Of a stretch of 64,000 nucleotides of DNA, positions 20,108-31,435 are shown in pieces. The stretch spans positions 187,946 to 251,945 of the forward strand of contig CAWIEK010000037.1 of NCBI GenBank assembly GCA_963835065.1, read 5' to 3'. The stretch's first letter is position 1. Every line of letters begins with the position of its first letter. The notes below the pieces were generated by a model, which was not told where the DNA came from, searched no databases, and saw nothing but the letters and a program-made list of their open reading frames with translations. Both the position numbers and the translations under genes were made by a program. Source of the DNA: an uncultured Chthonomonadaceae bacterium. GTDB lineage: Bacteria; Armatimonadota; Chthonomonadetes; Chthonomonadales; Chthonomonadaceae.

Positions 20108-21046
20108 TTAGGTACGCGGTCCCAAAAAGCGGTCGCCATTGAAATGTATCATGTGATCCGGCATATCCGAGAGCCAAACTTCCGTGTCCCATGCAATGTC
20201 CGTAAGATGTTTGCGGAACGTAGCGAAATCCGGGAATGCGCTGACATAGATGCGTCCAGAGGTGCAGGACGCAAGCAGTATTTCCAGTTCCACGATCCGC
20301 TTGGGTGAGATAGGACCGTGTGATGTTACCGCTTCCACCAAAAACAGCCAGTTGCGGGCTTCATCGTGCATAACAACGTCAGGCAATTTGCTGTGTTCTG
20401 TCACAGGCACACCAAGCGTCAGCAATCTTTGTGTGTCAACAACCAGCATCTTTTGCGCGGTATCACCCAAATACAACACATGAGCATCAGGAGCAAATCG
20501 GGAAGCGAACTCCTCTACAATCGCCGCTTGAAGTTCGTTGTGCTTTCCCGGCGACAAGTCAAATTGTGTGCCATCCGGTAAACGCGCCGGTACGCGATTG
20601 AACTGCCGCGCAGTTTCGTATAGGGTTGTTAAAGTCGGCTGTTGTCGGACAAATTCTTCAACAGCGCCTTGCCATTGTTCCGTGCCATAAGTCTGTATGG
20701 CTGTCAACGCTTCTTTAGCGATTGCATAGTGAGCATGAGGGCTGTTTGTCGCCAGTGCGGGATTGTCCGGGTTGTAGTCAGCAATACGCGCCTGCACAAA
20801 CTGATGCAGAACCTGACGGCGAAATGTTTCTCGCGTATTGGGCGCGTAATCCTTCTGATAATGTTGCCGAACAAAAGCCATAATGCCTTTTGTAATCGTC
20901 ACACTCTCGCGGCGTGACTCTTCCCACCTCTCCTCCGGCAGCAAGCGGCAAAGCGCAAGCAGTACACAGGCAGCCATTTCCGTTTGCTGCGCCTTCGGCA
21001 ACCCCAAATCTTTCAATGCCTCTTGCGCTTCTTCAATGCTCGGCAT
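20108..21046 (-). CDS. BsuBI/PstI family type II restriction endonuclease
   Basis: YAPNTRETFRRQVLHQF, LSPGKHNELQ, KLPDVV, VEAVTSHGP, IAWDTEVW, IHFNGDRFLGP. Confidence 0.95.
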   Translation of the reverse strand: MPSIEEAQEALKDLGLPKAQQTEMAACVLLALCRLLPEERWEESRRESVTITKGIMAFVRQHYQKDYAPNTRETFRRQVLHQFVQARIADYNPDNPALATNSPHAHYAIAKEALTAIQTYGTEQWQGAVEEFVRQQPTLTTLYETARQFNRVPARLPDGTQFDLSPGKHNELQAAIVEEFASRFAPDAHVLYLGDTAQKMLVVDTQRLLTLGVPVTEHSKLPDVVMHDEARNWLFLVEAVTSHGPISPKRIVELEILLASCTSGRIYVSAFPDFATFRKHLTDIAWDTEVWLSDMPDHMIHFNGDRFLGPRT

Positions 21047-21052
21047 GTGTCT

Positions 21053-22725
21053 CTATTCATCCTTCTCGTGTTTCGTCTCGATACCGAACATTTCATCAAC
21101 AACCATATCTACTTCTTCAAGAGATGGCTGGTGATGTAAGAAGCGTTTGCCTAATTCTTCAAGAGCATCCAGAGGGGGCAGGGGCATGGCCCGGAGTTCC
21201 GTTGCGCTTACCTGTGTGCTGCCGTTGAAGATGCGAAAGTATGTGTCCAGCAGGCGGCTGTTCAGCAATGCCGACAACCCCAATGCTTCCTCTTTGCTCA
21301 TTTCGCCACCCGGACGGTAGATGTAATTCAGATGGTTTTCCAGCCCTAAATACTTGCCCGCCACAATTGTTTGCAGGTAGGGCGCGGCAATCAAGCGGCG
21401 ATGCTGTTCTTTGGAACTGAACCGGCGCAATAGGACATAGTTTTTGTTCGGTACGAGCAGGGGTAATGCTTGTTCGTTGACCATGATGAACTGCGGCTTG
21501 CGGCTTGCCGTTCGCGGCCATTGCGCCTGCATCGCCTGCACATGCTGCATCCATAGCAACGGCGCGTGTGTTTCAGGAACACAGCCCTGTTCGCACAGCA
21601 ATGGCACGGCGCGGAACGGCACAACCGGGCCGGTAGAAATGGCAAGGCCATGCGCGGACAAGCGGCCCGTCCAGCCATTGACAACATCCGCGAGGCGCTG
21701 TTCTTCCGTTTCCACAGGCACATGCAAAATCTTATCCGGGCTGTCATAGTCCAGCACGTCGCGCAGGGAAACTTGCCGGTGAAAACAATCGGCAAGATCG
21801 TTCGCCCCGCTGCTCATAGAGATACGAACCTGCGCATTTTCATCACAATAGCGGGAGGGAGGCTGTTTCACTCCCACCAGAATAATGTTTTCCTGCAGCA
21901 CTTCATCCCGCCCGAATGCTTCCTTGCGCGAGTCGAACAGATGGATCGCTTTTGGAACCACTTCGCCAAAGAAACTCTCCCGAAAACGCCGAAAATAGGG
22001 GCCGGAAGCGAAACTGCGCGGCGTGATAAAGATCAACTCCCCCTCCGGCTTGAGCAAACCCGCCGCCGATGCCCATGAAAAGCGCGTACATATTCGGCTG
22101 TCCATGCACAAACCGGGAAGCGGCAAGGGCGCGCGGATCGGAACCCGCAATCTTGAAATACGGCGGATTGCAGATCACAATGTCATAAGCGCGGGCGATG
22201 TTATTTGCGCGAGGCAATGTTACTTGCAGGAACAAGGTTTTCCGCAGGAGCAGGATTTTCCATGCCGCCGAACAATCCCTGTTCCGCCCTAAACGCCGCC
22301 TGTTGCAGCAGAAAGTCGTCGGAATGAACATGGAATTTCAGCAGTACGCCTCGCTTGCGCAGCCAGTTTTCCAGATGGCGCAAACATAACTGCAAATAGC
22401 CGAGCAGTTGACTGTCCGTTTCAAAGGCGTCGAGTTCGATTTGGGTCGGCCTGTCCGGGCGCGAAGCCAGTTCTTCACAAAGGGCGCAGGCCAGTATTCC
22501 CGTTCCCGCGCCCGGATCAAGGATTCGCAGCGACCAACCCGAAACTGAACACAGCGACGCCATAAACCGCGCGACAGGCAGGGCGGTCAGATATTGCCCT
22601 CTGTCTTTTTTCACGTCCGCGCCCACGCCACTCGCGTACCATTGCCCCAGCCTGTCCGCATACTCTGCAGGCGTTTCTTCGGAACCTGCAATCGGAAACG
22701 CCGGTTTTTCTGCTGATACACGCAT
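21053..22725 (-). CDS. Eco57I/BsuBI-type adenine DNA methyltransferase (split by two frameshifts)
   Basis: GQYLT and ILDPGAGTGIL (first frame), ICNPPY (second frame), IFITPRSF, TGPVVPFR and FNGSTQVSATEL (third frame). Confidence 0.9.
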
Positions 22726-22897
22726 GGGTAACTCACTCTTACCGGGTTCACATTTACATTTCCTGCAGCCGATTCACGCCCCGGCTACACGGCGTTCACG
22801 GCGCGAACATATTCAATTTCATGATGACGCGGGAGCAATCTCAATCACGGAAGCGTGTTCCGTTCAGGGCATTGCCTGCCATGACCGGCTGTATCAC

Positions 22898-24307
22898 TCA
22901 TCGGGTGGAGTCGTGCGTGTTATGGGCGTGAATGTCCGCGTGGGACAACACCATTGCGGAAACGACGGGCGGCAGGCTGCCGCCGAAGAGCTTCAAGTCA
23001 ACCGCCACTTCTTCCGTCGCGCTCGTGTTGGTCAGGGTCAGCGTTAGCGTCTTGTCCTTGATGCTTGCGGAACCGGAGAGGAGGGGCAGTTTTTGAGGTT
23101 TGCCGTTTACGGTCACGTCAACGGTGGGCGCGTCGCACAACAGCCGAACCGCCTGCCCGCCCTGATGATCCTTGTATATATGATAGACATGGTACGTGGG
23201 CGTTTTCAGCATCTTGTCGCCGTCCGTGAGCAGCAAGGCTTGCAGCACGTTGATGGTTTGCGCGATGTTGGTCATTACCACCTTGTCGGCATGGCGGTTG
23301 AAGATGTCGAGCGTGAGGGACGCGACGAGCGCGTCCCGCATCGTGTTCTGCTGCCAGAGGAACGCGGGATTTTGACCGGGCGCTGCGGGATGCCATGTGC
23401 CCCATTCGTCCACGATCAGGCCGATTTTGCGCTCCGGGTCGAAAGCGTCCATCAGGGCGCGCTGCTGCACGACAAGCGGCTCCATCTGAATGGCTTTCCA
23501 CAGCAGTTCGTACCACTGCGCATCCGTGTACTCCGTTGCCGTGCCTGCCGTGCCGCAATAGTAGTGCGCGGCAAAGCCGTGTATCGGCGGATGATGCCCG
23601 TGATCTTTTTTCAGTTTGGTAAAGAACCGGCGCGTCCAGTCCAGATCGTTGGTGTTGGGGCCGCAGGCGATGAGATACAACGGGTCCGCGCCCCAGTTGC
23701 GCAGATAGGTGGCGAAACGGCGGTACTCCGTGCCGTAATCTTCCGGCGTAAAGTGCCCGCCGCAGCCCCAGTTTTCATTGCCCACACCCCAGTAGCGGAT
23801 GTTGTACGGCGCGTCCTGTCCGTTCGCCCGCCGCTGCCGCGCCCATTCGCTGTCGCCGGGGAAGTTGCAGTATTCCACCCAATCGCGCATTTCGCGGGGG
23901 CTGCCGCTGCCCAGGTTGCCGCAAAAGTAGGGTTCCGCGCCCACCGCGCGGCAGAAATCCATGAATTCGTGCGTACCGAACTCGTTGGTTTCGATCACAT
24001 CGCCCCAGTGGATGTTGATGCGGCGCGGGCGCTTTTCGCGCGGCCCAACCCCGTCAATCCAGTGGTAATCATCCGCAAAGCAGCCGCCCGGCCAGCGTAT
24101 GAGCGGCGTTCCCACTTCGCGCAGCGCGGCGACCACATCGTTGCGCACTCCGCCCGTATGAGAAATCAGCGACTCGGTTCCCACCCAGCAGCCCTCGTCT
24201 ATGCAGCCGCCCAGATGTTCCATAAAGTGGCCGTAAATGTTGGGGTTGATGGTTCCTATGGGTTCGTTGCAAAGCACGTTGACGGTAATAGTCGGCAAGT
24301 TCGGCAT
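22898..24307 (-). CDS. Alpha-L-arabinofuranosidase, GH51
   Basis: YGHFMEHLG, RWPGGCFAD, WGVGNENWGCGG, VDEWGTW, NIAQTINVLQ. The extreme C-terminus is probably frameshifted. Confidence 0.95.
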   Translation of the reverse strand: MPNLPTITVNVLCNEPIGTINPNIYGHFMEHLGGCIDEGCWVGTESLISHTGGVRNDVVAALREVGTPLIRWPGGCFADDYHWIDGVGPREKRPRRINIHWGDVIETNEFGTHEFMDFCRAVGAEPYFCGNLGSGSPREMRDWVEYCNFPGDSEWARQRRANGQDAPYNIRYWGVGNENWGCGGHFTPEDYGTEYRRFATYLRNWGADPLYLIACGPNTNDLDWTRRFFTKLKKDHGHHPPIHGFAAHYYCGTAGTATEYTDAQWYELLWKAIQMEPLVVQQRALMDAFDPERKIGLIVDEWGTWHPAAPGQNPAFLWQQNTMRDALVASLTLDIFNRHADKVVMTNIAQTINVLQALLLTDGDKMLKTPTYHVYHIYKDHQGGQAVRLLCDAPTVDVTVNGKPQKLPLLSGSASIKDKTLTLTLTNTSATEEVAVDLKLFGGSLPPVVSAMVLSHADIHAHNTHDSTR

Positions 24308-24453
24308 GATAGCGCGGGTCTCCCTGTCTTTGATAGATTGAACAAAATGGTTTGTGGCTTGAATTTTGTCGTAGGCTGTTCCTCCGTTTATTCAACCCAC
24401 ACCCGGCGATTCCCTGCGTTGTTTCTTCCATTCTGCCCGTCTTCCAAAGTGAA

Positions 24454-24490
24454 AAATCCCGGCTGACCTGTAAAGGTTAAGCCGGGATTT
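24454..24490. terminator. Hairpin/terminator-like element
   Basis: aaatcccggct...agccgggattt. Confidence 0.55.
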
Positions 24491-24520
24491 AACTTGCGAT
24501 ATAAAAAGTCCTATATTTCG

Positions 24521-24546
24521 GGAACCAGGCGTCTCTCTCCCCCGTC
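24521..24546 (+). promoter_or_regulatory. Putative ECF-sigma promoter
   Basis: GGAAC-N17-CGTC. Confidence 0.5.
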
Positions 24547-24554
24547 ATTCTCGA

Positions 24555-24697
24555 CAATGAGGCCCCGTTCCGTCTCATTGATGAGGCCTCGTTATGTCTC
24601 ATAGGGACGTCCCATGATTTTGACGCGCGAAAACAGACGCTTTTTGCCATACTTCAGTTTTGGTATTTATGCCCGCCTGTTCTTTGCGCGTCAAAAT
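24555..24697 (+). ncRNA. Candidate sRNA with two repeated hairpins and a long 3' stem
   Basis: caatgaggccccgttccgtctcattg, then atgaggcctcgttatgtctcat, then a ttttgacgcgc...gcgcgtcaaaa stem; no credible ORF. Confidence 0.4.
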
Positions 24698-24791
24698 TAT
24701 GTCTGTTTCAGAAGGGTTGAGCGTTGAGCGTTAAGCGTTAAGAACACAAACTTAATGCTGAACACTCTCACTCTCCACTGACCCCTGGCCC

Positions 24792-25178
24792 CTAACTCCT
24801 GACCCCTTCCGAATGTCCCTTCCGCAACGTGAGAAACCACGTATGGCGGCGCAATTCGGCCTGTTCCGTAAACTGGATGCCGCACTCGTACCACGTCATG
24901 CCCGGTTCTTCCACAAGATGCTGCCGCACGATCCGCGCCCGGCCCACGCGCAGTTCCGTTGCCGGCGGCGGGTAGATCAGGATTTCACTGCCGCAGGGCA
25001 TGCAAATCGGCATCCGAAGTTTCAGCCCTTTGCGGCTGATGTCCACGCATGGACACTCGAAACTCCCCATCTGCGGATGCTCCACGCGCAGGGTTTTGGC
25101 GACGCAATTCTGGCGCAGCGCGTCGCGCCGGTCGTCTTCCAAAGTGCTTGTTATTTTTTTCGTGGCCGTAGTCGCCAT
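24792..25178 (-). CDS. Stand-alone PilZ domain protein
   Basis: RxxxR (RDALR) and DxSxxG (DISRKG) motifs; CGIQF. Confidence 0.88.
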   Translation of the reverse strand: MATTATKKITSTLEDDRRDALRQNCVAKTLRVEHPQMGSFECPCVDISRKGLKLRMPICMPCGSEILIYPPPATELRVGRARIVRQHLVEEPGMTWYECGIQFTEQAELRRHTWFLTLRKGHSEGVRS

Positions 25179-25351
25179 TGTTTTACTCTCCCAAATTCAG
25201 GTGTTCAGGTATTCGGGTGTTCAGGTATTTGGTCGTACACAGAGAGTGTTCTGTTACGTTCCCCATACGATACGTCCTATGATGATATGTTCCGCTTCCG
25301 GTTTGCTTTTCGGACGCGCGCGAGGTCGGCGCGCGTGTAAACGAGGGGGCA

Positions 25352-27254
25352 TTATTTTTCTCCCTGTATCACTTTGATGGACAAGTCGGACTGCGTGGTC
25401 GTGACGCCCCAGATGGCGCGGTCACTCCAGACGTTGGTTCCCCAGATGGCGCGGCTGGCATTGAGTATGTTGGCGCTCACGCCCCAAATAGCCCGCGTTC
25501 CCCAGATTGCCCGCAGGTCGGTGACATCCGTTCCCCAGATCGCCCGCGTTCCCCAGATCGCGCGATCCATGTTGATATACACGTTGCCCTGATCGTCTAC
25601 GGACAGGGACGGCGACAAGGCAGGCTGCGTGGCGACAATCGGGCTGCACAGGGCGGCGGGAATGTTGAGGAAACCCGCGCCATACGTGCAGGGGTCGGCA
25701 TTGCCCTGCGCGTCCGCCCATTTGTCCGCCGCAAACATCAGGCGGGCTTTGATGGTGTCGGGCGTCAGGGCAGGGTTGGCTTGCAGCAGCAGCGCCGCCG
25801 CGCCGCTGACAACCGGCGTCGCCATCGAAGTTCCCGACAGCCGGATGTAATCTTTCGACGCTTTGCTGTCGCCTTTCACGATGTACTCGTTGTTCAGCAC
25901 ATTGGTTTGCGCGTTGAAGTTAAGGTCCAGATACGAGCCGGGAACGTTCAAAGAAACAATGCGGTTGCCGGGCGCAACGATGTCGGGCTTCAGCGTCAAA
26001 TCCAGGCGGGCCGGGCCGCGACTGGAGTAAGTCGCCACCGCGTCGTGGGGATGCTGGCCGTCTACGGATTTCATCGCGCCCACGGTAATCACATACGGAT
26101 CGTTGCCGGGGCTGTCAATGGAGCCATAACTGGTGCCGTAACCTTCGTTGTCCGGCAGGGGCGGATCGGGCAGCGCGTCATTGGCGCGGCCATCGTTGCC
26201 TGCCGCGCACACCACCACAATTCCCGCCTTCCACGCCGCTTCCACCGCCTGGCACAAAGGATCGTTGGCGGCCGTATCGCCCACCGGATGCCCCATAGAC
26301 AGGTTCAGCACCCGAATGTTATAGGGGTTGTTGTTCTTAACGCTGTTGACGACCCACGTAATGCCCGCCACAACCGTACTGACGTCACTTTGTCCGTTGG
26401 AATTCAGTACGCGCACATTGACAAGGGACGCTTTGGGCGCAATTCCGTAGTAGGTTTGCGTGTTGGTGCTCGTGTTCGAATTGCGCGCGTTGCCGGCAAT
26501 GATGCCCGCCACATGCGTTCCATGCCCGCACTTGTCGTCGCCGGAACCCTTTGGGCCGTCAAATCGTTATCCGTAAGCCATGTCCAGGGATCAGGACGCG
26601 GGCCGGATTTCGGACCGGGATCATTGGCAGGGTCAACAAAGTTGACGTTGGCAACAACGCGATCACCCTGAGATGTTCGATTTCAGTTTCGTGTCAAGAA
26701 TATATTTGCACAAGTCGTCCGCCTGCGTCGTGAATACCACTGTCCAGAACCGCCACGCCGACGCCTGTGCCATCCACTTTGTAAGGCGCAGCCCAGGCGG
26801 TTGCGGTTCCCGTCGCCGTCGTGGTAAACGTATCATATTTTCGGACAATGGCGTTGGACGACAGATGCTGTACAAAAGGCAGGGCCGCCAGTTTGTTCAA
26901 TGCTTGAGTGGGAACGCGCACCGTCACCGAATGGATGAGCGGCAGTTTGCTTTGAATGGACGCGCCGCAGGCCTTGAGCGCGGCTTCGCGTTCGGGAGTG
27001 CAGTCGCCGTCCAATCGCAAGATTACAGACGACCATCCGCCTTTTGTTGCTGTCATCGCGCTCGATAAAAACCGATCCGTTTTGTCGCCGGTTTTTTCAG
27101 CGCGTACCGGCAGCGCAAGCCCGGCCAGCAGCAAGGCTATTGCTGCGCCCGCTGCGCCTGCGCCACCGCGTTTCTGTTTTCGAGGAAGGCAAGGGCCGTT
27201 TATCTGCCGGAACATATCCCCTGCGCGAACTTTTCTTATATACGTCATAACCAT
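25352..27254 (-). CDS. Secreted S8 subtilase with C-terminal RAIWG repeats (frameshifts ~26550-26730)
   Basis: Signal peptide and prodomain; triad VAVLDSGI, GHGTHVAGII and SGTSMATP spread across frames; AAGNDG; six RAIWG repeats. Confidence 0.88.
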
Positions 27255-27505
27255 ATTCCTTAATGTTTGAAAGTGAATCCAACAGGAAACTCGCCGGAAT
27301 GGAGGCAAATCAAACCTCTGCTTGGTTATGCCGCGTTTGCGCGCGTTCGGGGGCTATGATAATTGCGGGAAAAATAGGGTTTCAGGTTTCAGGTTTCAGG
27401 TGTCAGCAAGAACTGCTGTTGCCTGTTCCTTTGTGCAGGTCGTGGCAAGGCGTACAAAGAACGGCCTGTCCCTGACACCTGACACCTGACACCTGACACC
27501 TTCCT

Positions 27506-30008
27506 CTATGCCGCTTTCAATTCCGGCCATTCGGTGACTTGCAGCGAAATGGCGCTCGCCTCAAGTTCGATGGCCTTGTCCGCGCTTTTTTCCCGGCCTG
27601 CGAGATTGCCCAGTTTTCGCTCCGTTTTCTGGTGGTACATCTGCGTATCCGCTGCGGAAAGCAGCGTGGCGCAATCGTCGCCATCCTGCGGGAAACAGGC
27701 TGCGCCGATACTGACGCCCAAATGCAGCGCGCCCAATTTCGGGTGTATCAAGTCGGGGTCATACGTTTCGACCGCATGTTGTAAGCGTTGCGCCAGTTCC
27801 GTCGCGCCCGCCTTGTCGCCCCCCTCCACCACGATCAAAAATTCATCGCCGCCATATCGCGCCACAATATCATTCGCGCCGACATGGGCGCAGAACAAGT
27901 GCGCCAGGTCCGCAAGCACCTTGATCGCCCTTTTGGTGTCCGAAGTTGTCATTGATGGGCTTGAAACTGTCCAAATCCAGGCACAGCAGGGCAAACGGCG
28001 CGCGTTCGTCTCGGCGGCACTTTTCTTCCACCATCTGCGTCAGGTAGCGGATGTTGTACGCGCCCGTGAGTGGGTCGGTGAACGCATGGCCGCGCGTCCG
28101 GTCGAACAGCAGGCCGTTGTACAGCGCCATCGCCGCCCGCTCGGCAATGGTTTCCAGCAATTGCCGGTCATGGACGCTGAACGCTTCCTCTTCGGGCGAG
28201 TACAGGTTGATGGTTCCCAGCACTTCGCCCTGATGCACGATGCTGACGATCAAGGCGGTTTGAAATGTCACCCATTGTGCCGACTGCGAACTGGTCAGCA
28301 GCAAATCGTCCTGATCGTACTGCCCGACATACGTAGTCCGCGTGGCCGCCACCTGCATGGACGTGCAGCGCCCGTTCAGGGTGCGGGCTGTGGCGAGAAA
28401 GTCGTGGTTGAGTCCCACCGCCGCCCGCGCGCTCATCGCGTCCTCGCCCTCTGCTTTGAGCAGGAACACGCACGCGCCGCCGGGGAAAATCGCTTCCAGT
28501 TTGCGTGCCAGAATGTCAATGGTTTCCTGCAATCCCAGGCTGGAAGACAGGGTTTGCGCCACCTCGTACAGCGCCCACAGTTCCGAACTGGCGCGCTGAA
28601 TGTCGCGGGCCGCGCCCTCCATTTTGGATTTCGGATTTTCGATTTTGGATTGTTGGGGAACCAATGGCCCTTCGCCCTGCTCGGCCATTTCCTGCACCAC
28701 GCGGTCAATCACGAGCGAAAAAGCGTCCACGATCACGGGGTCGAAGTGCGTGCCCGCGTCCTTTTGGATCACGGCCAGGGCGCGTTCATGCGTCCATGCC
28801 GCGCGGTACGAGCGGGAACTGGTCAGGGCGTCGTACACGTCGGCAACCGCCAGAATGCGCGCCGTGAGCGGGATATCCAGCCCAACTAATCCTTCCGGGT
28901 AGCCCGTGCCGTCCCATTTCTCGTGGTGGTACTTCACGGCGGGCAGAACCGGCCAGGGGAAATCCACCGGGTCCAGAATGGCCGCGCCGATTTCCGGGTG
29001 CTTCTTAATTTTTTCAAATTCCTCGTCGGTCAAGCGTCCCGGCTTGAGCAGCACGTATTCGGGAACGCCCAATTTGCCGATGTCGTGCAGCAATGCGCCC
29101 GTGTTCACGCCTTCAAGTTCCGCGCCCGTCAATCCCATTTGTACGGCAATGGCGACGGCATAACGCTGCACCCGCAGAATGTGCTGGTGCGTATACTGGT
29201 CTTTGGCGTCAATGGCAAGGGCGAGACTCTTGATGGTGGCGAGATACAAGTCCGCCAGGTGCGCCTGATTGCGCTGCAGTTCCTCGATGTGGACGAGTTT
29301 TTCTTCCTGCCGTCCGATGTACGTGCTGTAAGACAGATAGGTGAGATACGCGACGGGAGACACGAACAGCAGAATAGCGATCACATGTTGCCCGAACAAA
29401 ACCAGGGCGAGCGTACTGATACAGGCTCCGGCAAAATAGCTGGGCGCTGTCCATAAAAAAGTCTCTTTCCACAATTTAAAGGCGGGCTGTTCCGTACACA
29501 GCGAAATGATGAGGGCGACGCCGCCCGTGTTGATAATGAAGTTGGTCAGCGCCGCGCCGACAACCGCCATGAACGTTTCCACAGGGCGCATTTGCAGCGT
29601 GCCGCCATTCAGCCACAGAAATACCAGCCCCGCCAGCCAGCCTTCCAAAATCGCCAGGCACGAATTAAACGCCAGTTGATATAAAGGCTGCCGCTTGGGA
29701 TACAGCCCGCCGAACAGACAAGAAACCATTGCCGTCAGCGCGCCCGCGCTCGGCCCGAAATGCAGCATGGCGGCAAACGAAATGGCAAACCCCAGCGACA
29801 TAGACCCGGCATCTTCTTCGTGTTTATGGCGCATCAGGCAAATTTTTTTACCTCCGGCCAGCACCGCCAGCGCCATGAACACAACCAGTTCCCATGCCTG
29901 TGTTTTGGTGTGGGGAACCACTGTCGAGCAGGCATAAACGGCAGCCACCAGGCCGAGCAGGCAAACTGTCAACAAGTACAACTGTGCATGCTTTGGCAAA
30001 CTACGCAT
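27506..30008 (-). CDS. Membrane sensor-HD-GYP-GAF-GGDEF protein (frameshift ~27920)
   Basis: N-terminal multi-TM region; HDIGK and [35 protein letters not shown] in the 27506..27994 frame. Confidence 0.93.
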
Positions 30009-30342
30009 CGGAAATACCTCTTACCTTACTCTTTCACTTACATCTTCAAGTCAATTTTATCTTCCACATATCTGCATCTTCAACTCTTGCAAGTTTTAGA
30101 CCATGAACATGCCGGTTCATCCGAACACCTGAACACCAAATACCGAACACCAACACTTTCAGTGCAGTTCGTTCGATTGTCAACACACTCTCCCTACTTC
30201 TTTAGCCTGAATTTCCAAAATATGCCGGAAAAAGCAAAGGTAAAATTTCAGGTTAAATTTGCCGGTTCGCGTGGAATAACTTCCGCAGTGAGTAACTTCA
30301 TCCGTAAAATAACTTCATCCGTGAAAAGGAGTGACAAGCATC

Positions 30343-31206
30343 ATGTCGTCACACAACTTACAGCCGCGCGTTCTCTCGCAGCACTCCGGACGCTTCAAAC
30401 GCGCGTCCGTCAAGCATGGGTTCACGCTCATCGAACTGCTCGTCGTGATCGCCATTATCGGCATTCTGGCAGCCATCTTATTCCCGGTCTTTGCCCAGGC
30501 GCGTGAGTCGGCGCGGGCGACGGCCTGCCTGTCCAATACCAAACAGGTCGGCATGGCGCTGACGCTGTATGTGCAGGACTATGACGAGAGCCTGCTCGCG
30601 TGGCGCAACTGTCCGGCACATGCGGCAAGCGGCGTCGCGGCCTGTTCGCTTGCCGATCAAACCGCTTCGCTTTGGACCAATACCCTGCAGCCGTATCTCA
30701 AAAATCAGCAGGTCTTGCAGTGCCCGTCCTACGTGGAGGCAACTACCGCGCAGGCTATGGACGCTGATGACTGTGACGGGCCGGGCGCGTCGTCCGGCGT
30801 GTTCCCGACAGACGCCGTATTCGCCCATTACGGCCTGGCGTACCCGGCCACCTATTATCCGGGCTGCGACACGACGGGCAGCATGGCCTACGCCCATTAC
30901 GCCGCAAGCGGCTGGACAACGGACGCGAACGGCAATTACGGTTTTGTCACGCAAACACTGCCCTCCGTGGTTTCGGCAGCCCGTACCGCGATGGTCATAG
31001 ACGCGCTCACCTTCCAAAAGCATGACGGGAGCGGCCCCTATGTCGGCATGTTGTACGGCTGCGAGGGACGCTTTCGGCACAAGGGCGGAGCCAACCTGAC
31101 GTTTCTGGACGGACACGCCAAATGGATCAGCAACAACCCGGAACGCCATCTGGAGCAGGACGAATCCGGCTGCTACTTCGAGCGCTACTTCACCTCGGAC
31201 AAATAA
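30343..31206 (+). CDS. Prepilin-type N-terminal cleavage/methylation, DUF1559-like protein
   Basis: [54 protein letters not shown] (H-X9-DG). Confidence 0.93.
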   Translation: MSSHNLQPRVLSQHSGRFKRASVKHGFTLIELLVVIAIIGILAAILFPVFAQARESARATACLSNTKQVGMALTLYVQDYDESLLAWRNCPAHAASGVAACSLADQTASLWTNTLQPYLKNQQVLQCPSYVEATTAQAMDADDCDGPGASSGVFPTDAVFAHYGLAYPATYYPGCDTTGSMAYAHYAASGWTTDANGNYGFVTQTLPSVVSAARTAMVIDALTFQKHDGSGPYVGMLYGCEGRFRHKGGANLTFLDGHAKWISNNPERHLEQDESGCYFERYFTSDK

Positions 31207-31255
31207 TTTTGGATAAACAGTTCTGGATGAATAATCAAGGAAGAGGAAGCCAACA

Positions 31256-31435
31256 ATGTTCTCACAAACCAAACAAGTAACGACGCCGCGAACGACAAAA
31301 TGGATTTTGCTTCCCGTTGTCGCCTTCACCTTCAGCCTGATGGCAGGCTGCAAAACGCAAACCGCCGATGCGTCCGATCCCGACCCGCACTACTACAAGG
31401 GCGCGAACTTTCGTGGCAAGCCGAGGAAAGTGTGA
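31256..31435 (+). CDS. Small putative lipoprotein (59 aa), absent from the ORF track
   Basis: MFSQTKQVTTPRTTKWILLPVVAFTFSLMAGCKTQTADASDPDPHYYKGANFRGKPRKV*; hydrophobic core plus lipobox-like MAGC; purine-rich SD. Confidence 0.75.
   Translation: MFSQTKQVTTPRTTKWILLPVVAFTFSLMAGCKTQTADASDPDPHYYKGANFRGKPRKV

Noticed and set aside
23093..24466. Long antisense ORFs (also 2068-3138, 27534-28889, 32144-33286, 38065-39309)
   Set aside because: Shadow frames of well-supported genes in GC-rich DNA, with no recognisable motifs.
26663..26730. Foreign insertion or intron in the subtilase gene
   Set aside because: Switching frames gives continuous plausible protein between the Asp and His motifs, so small indels explain it.
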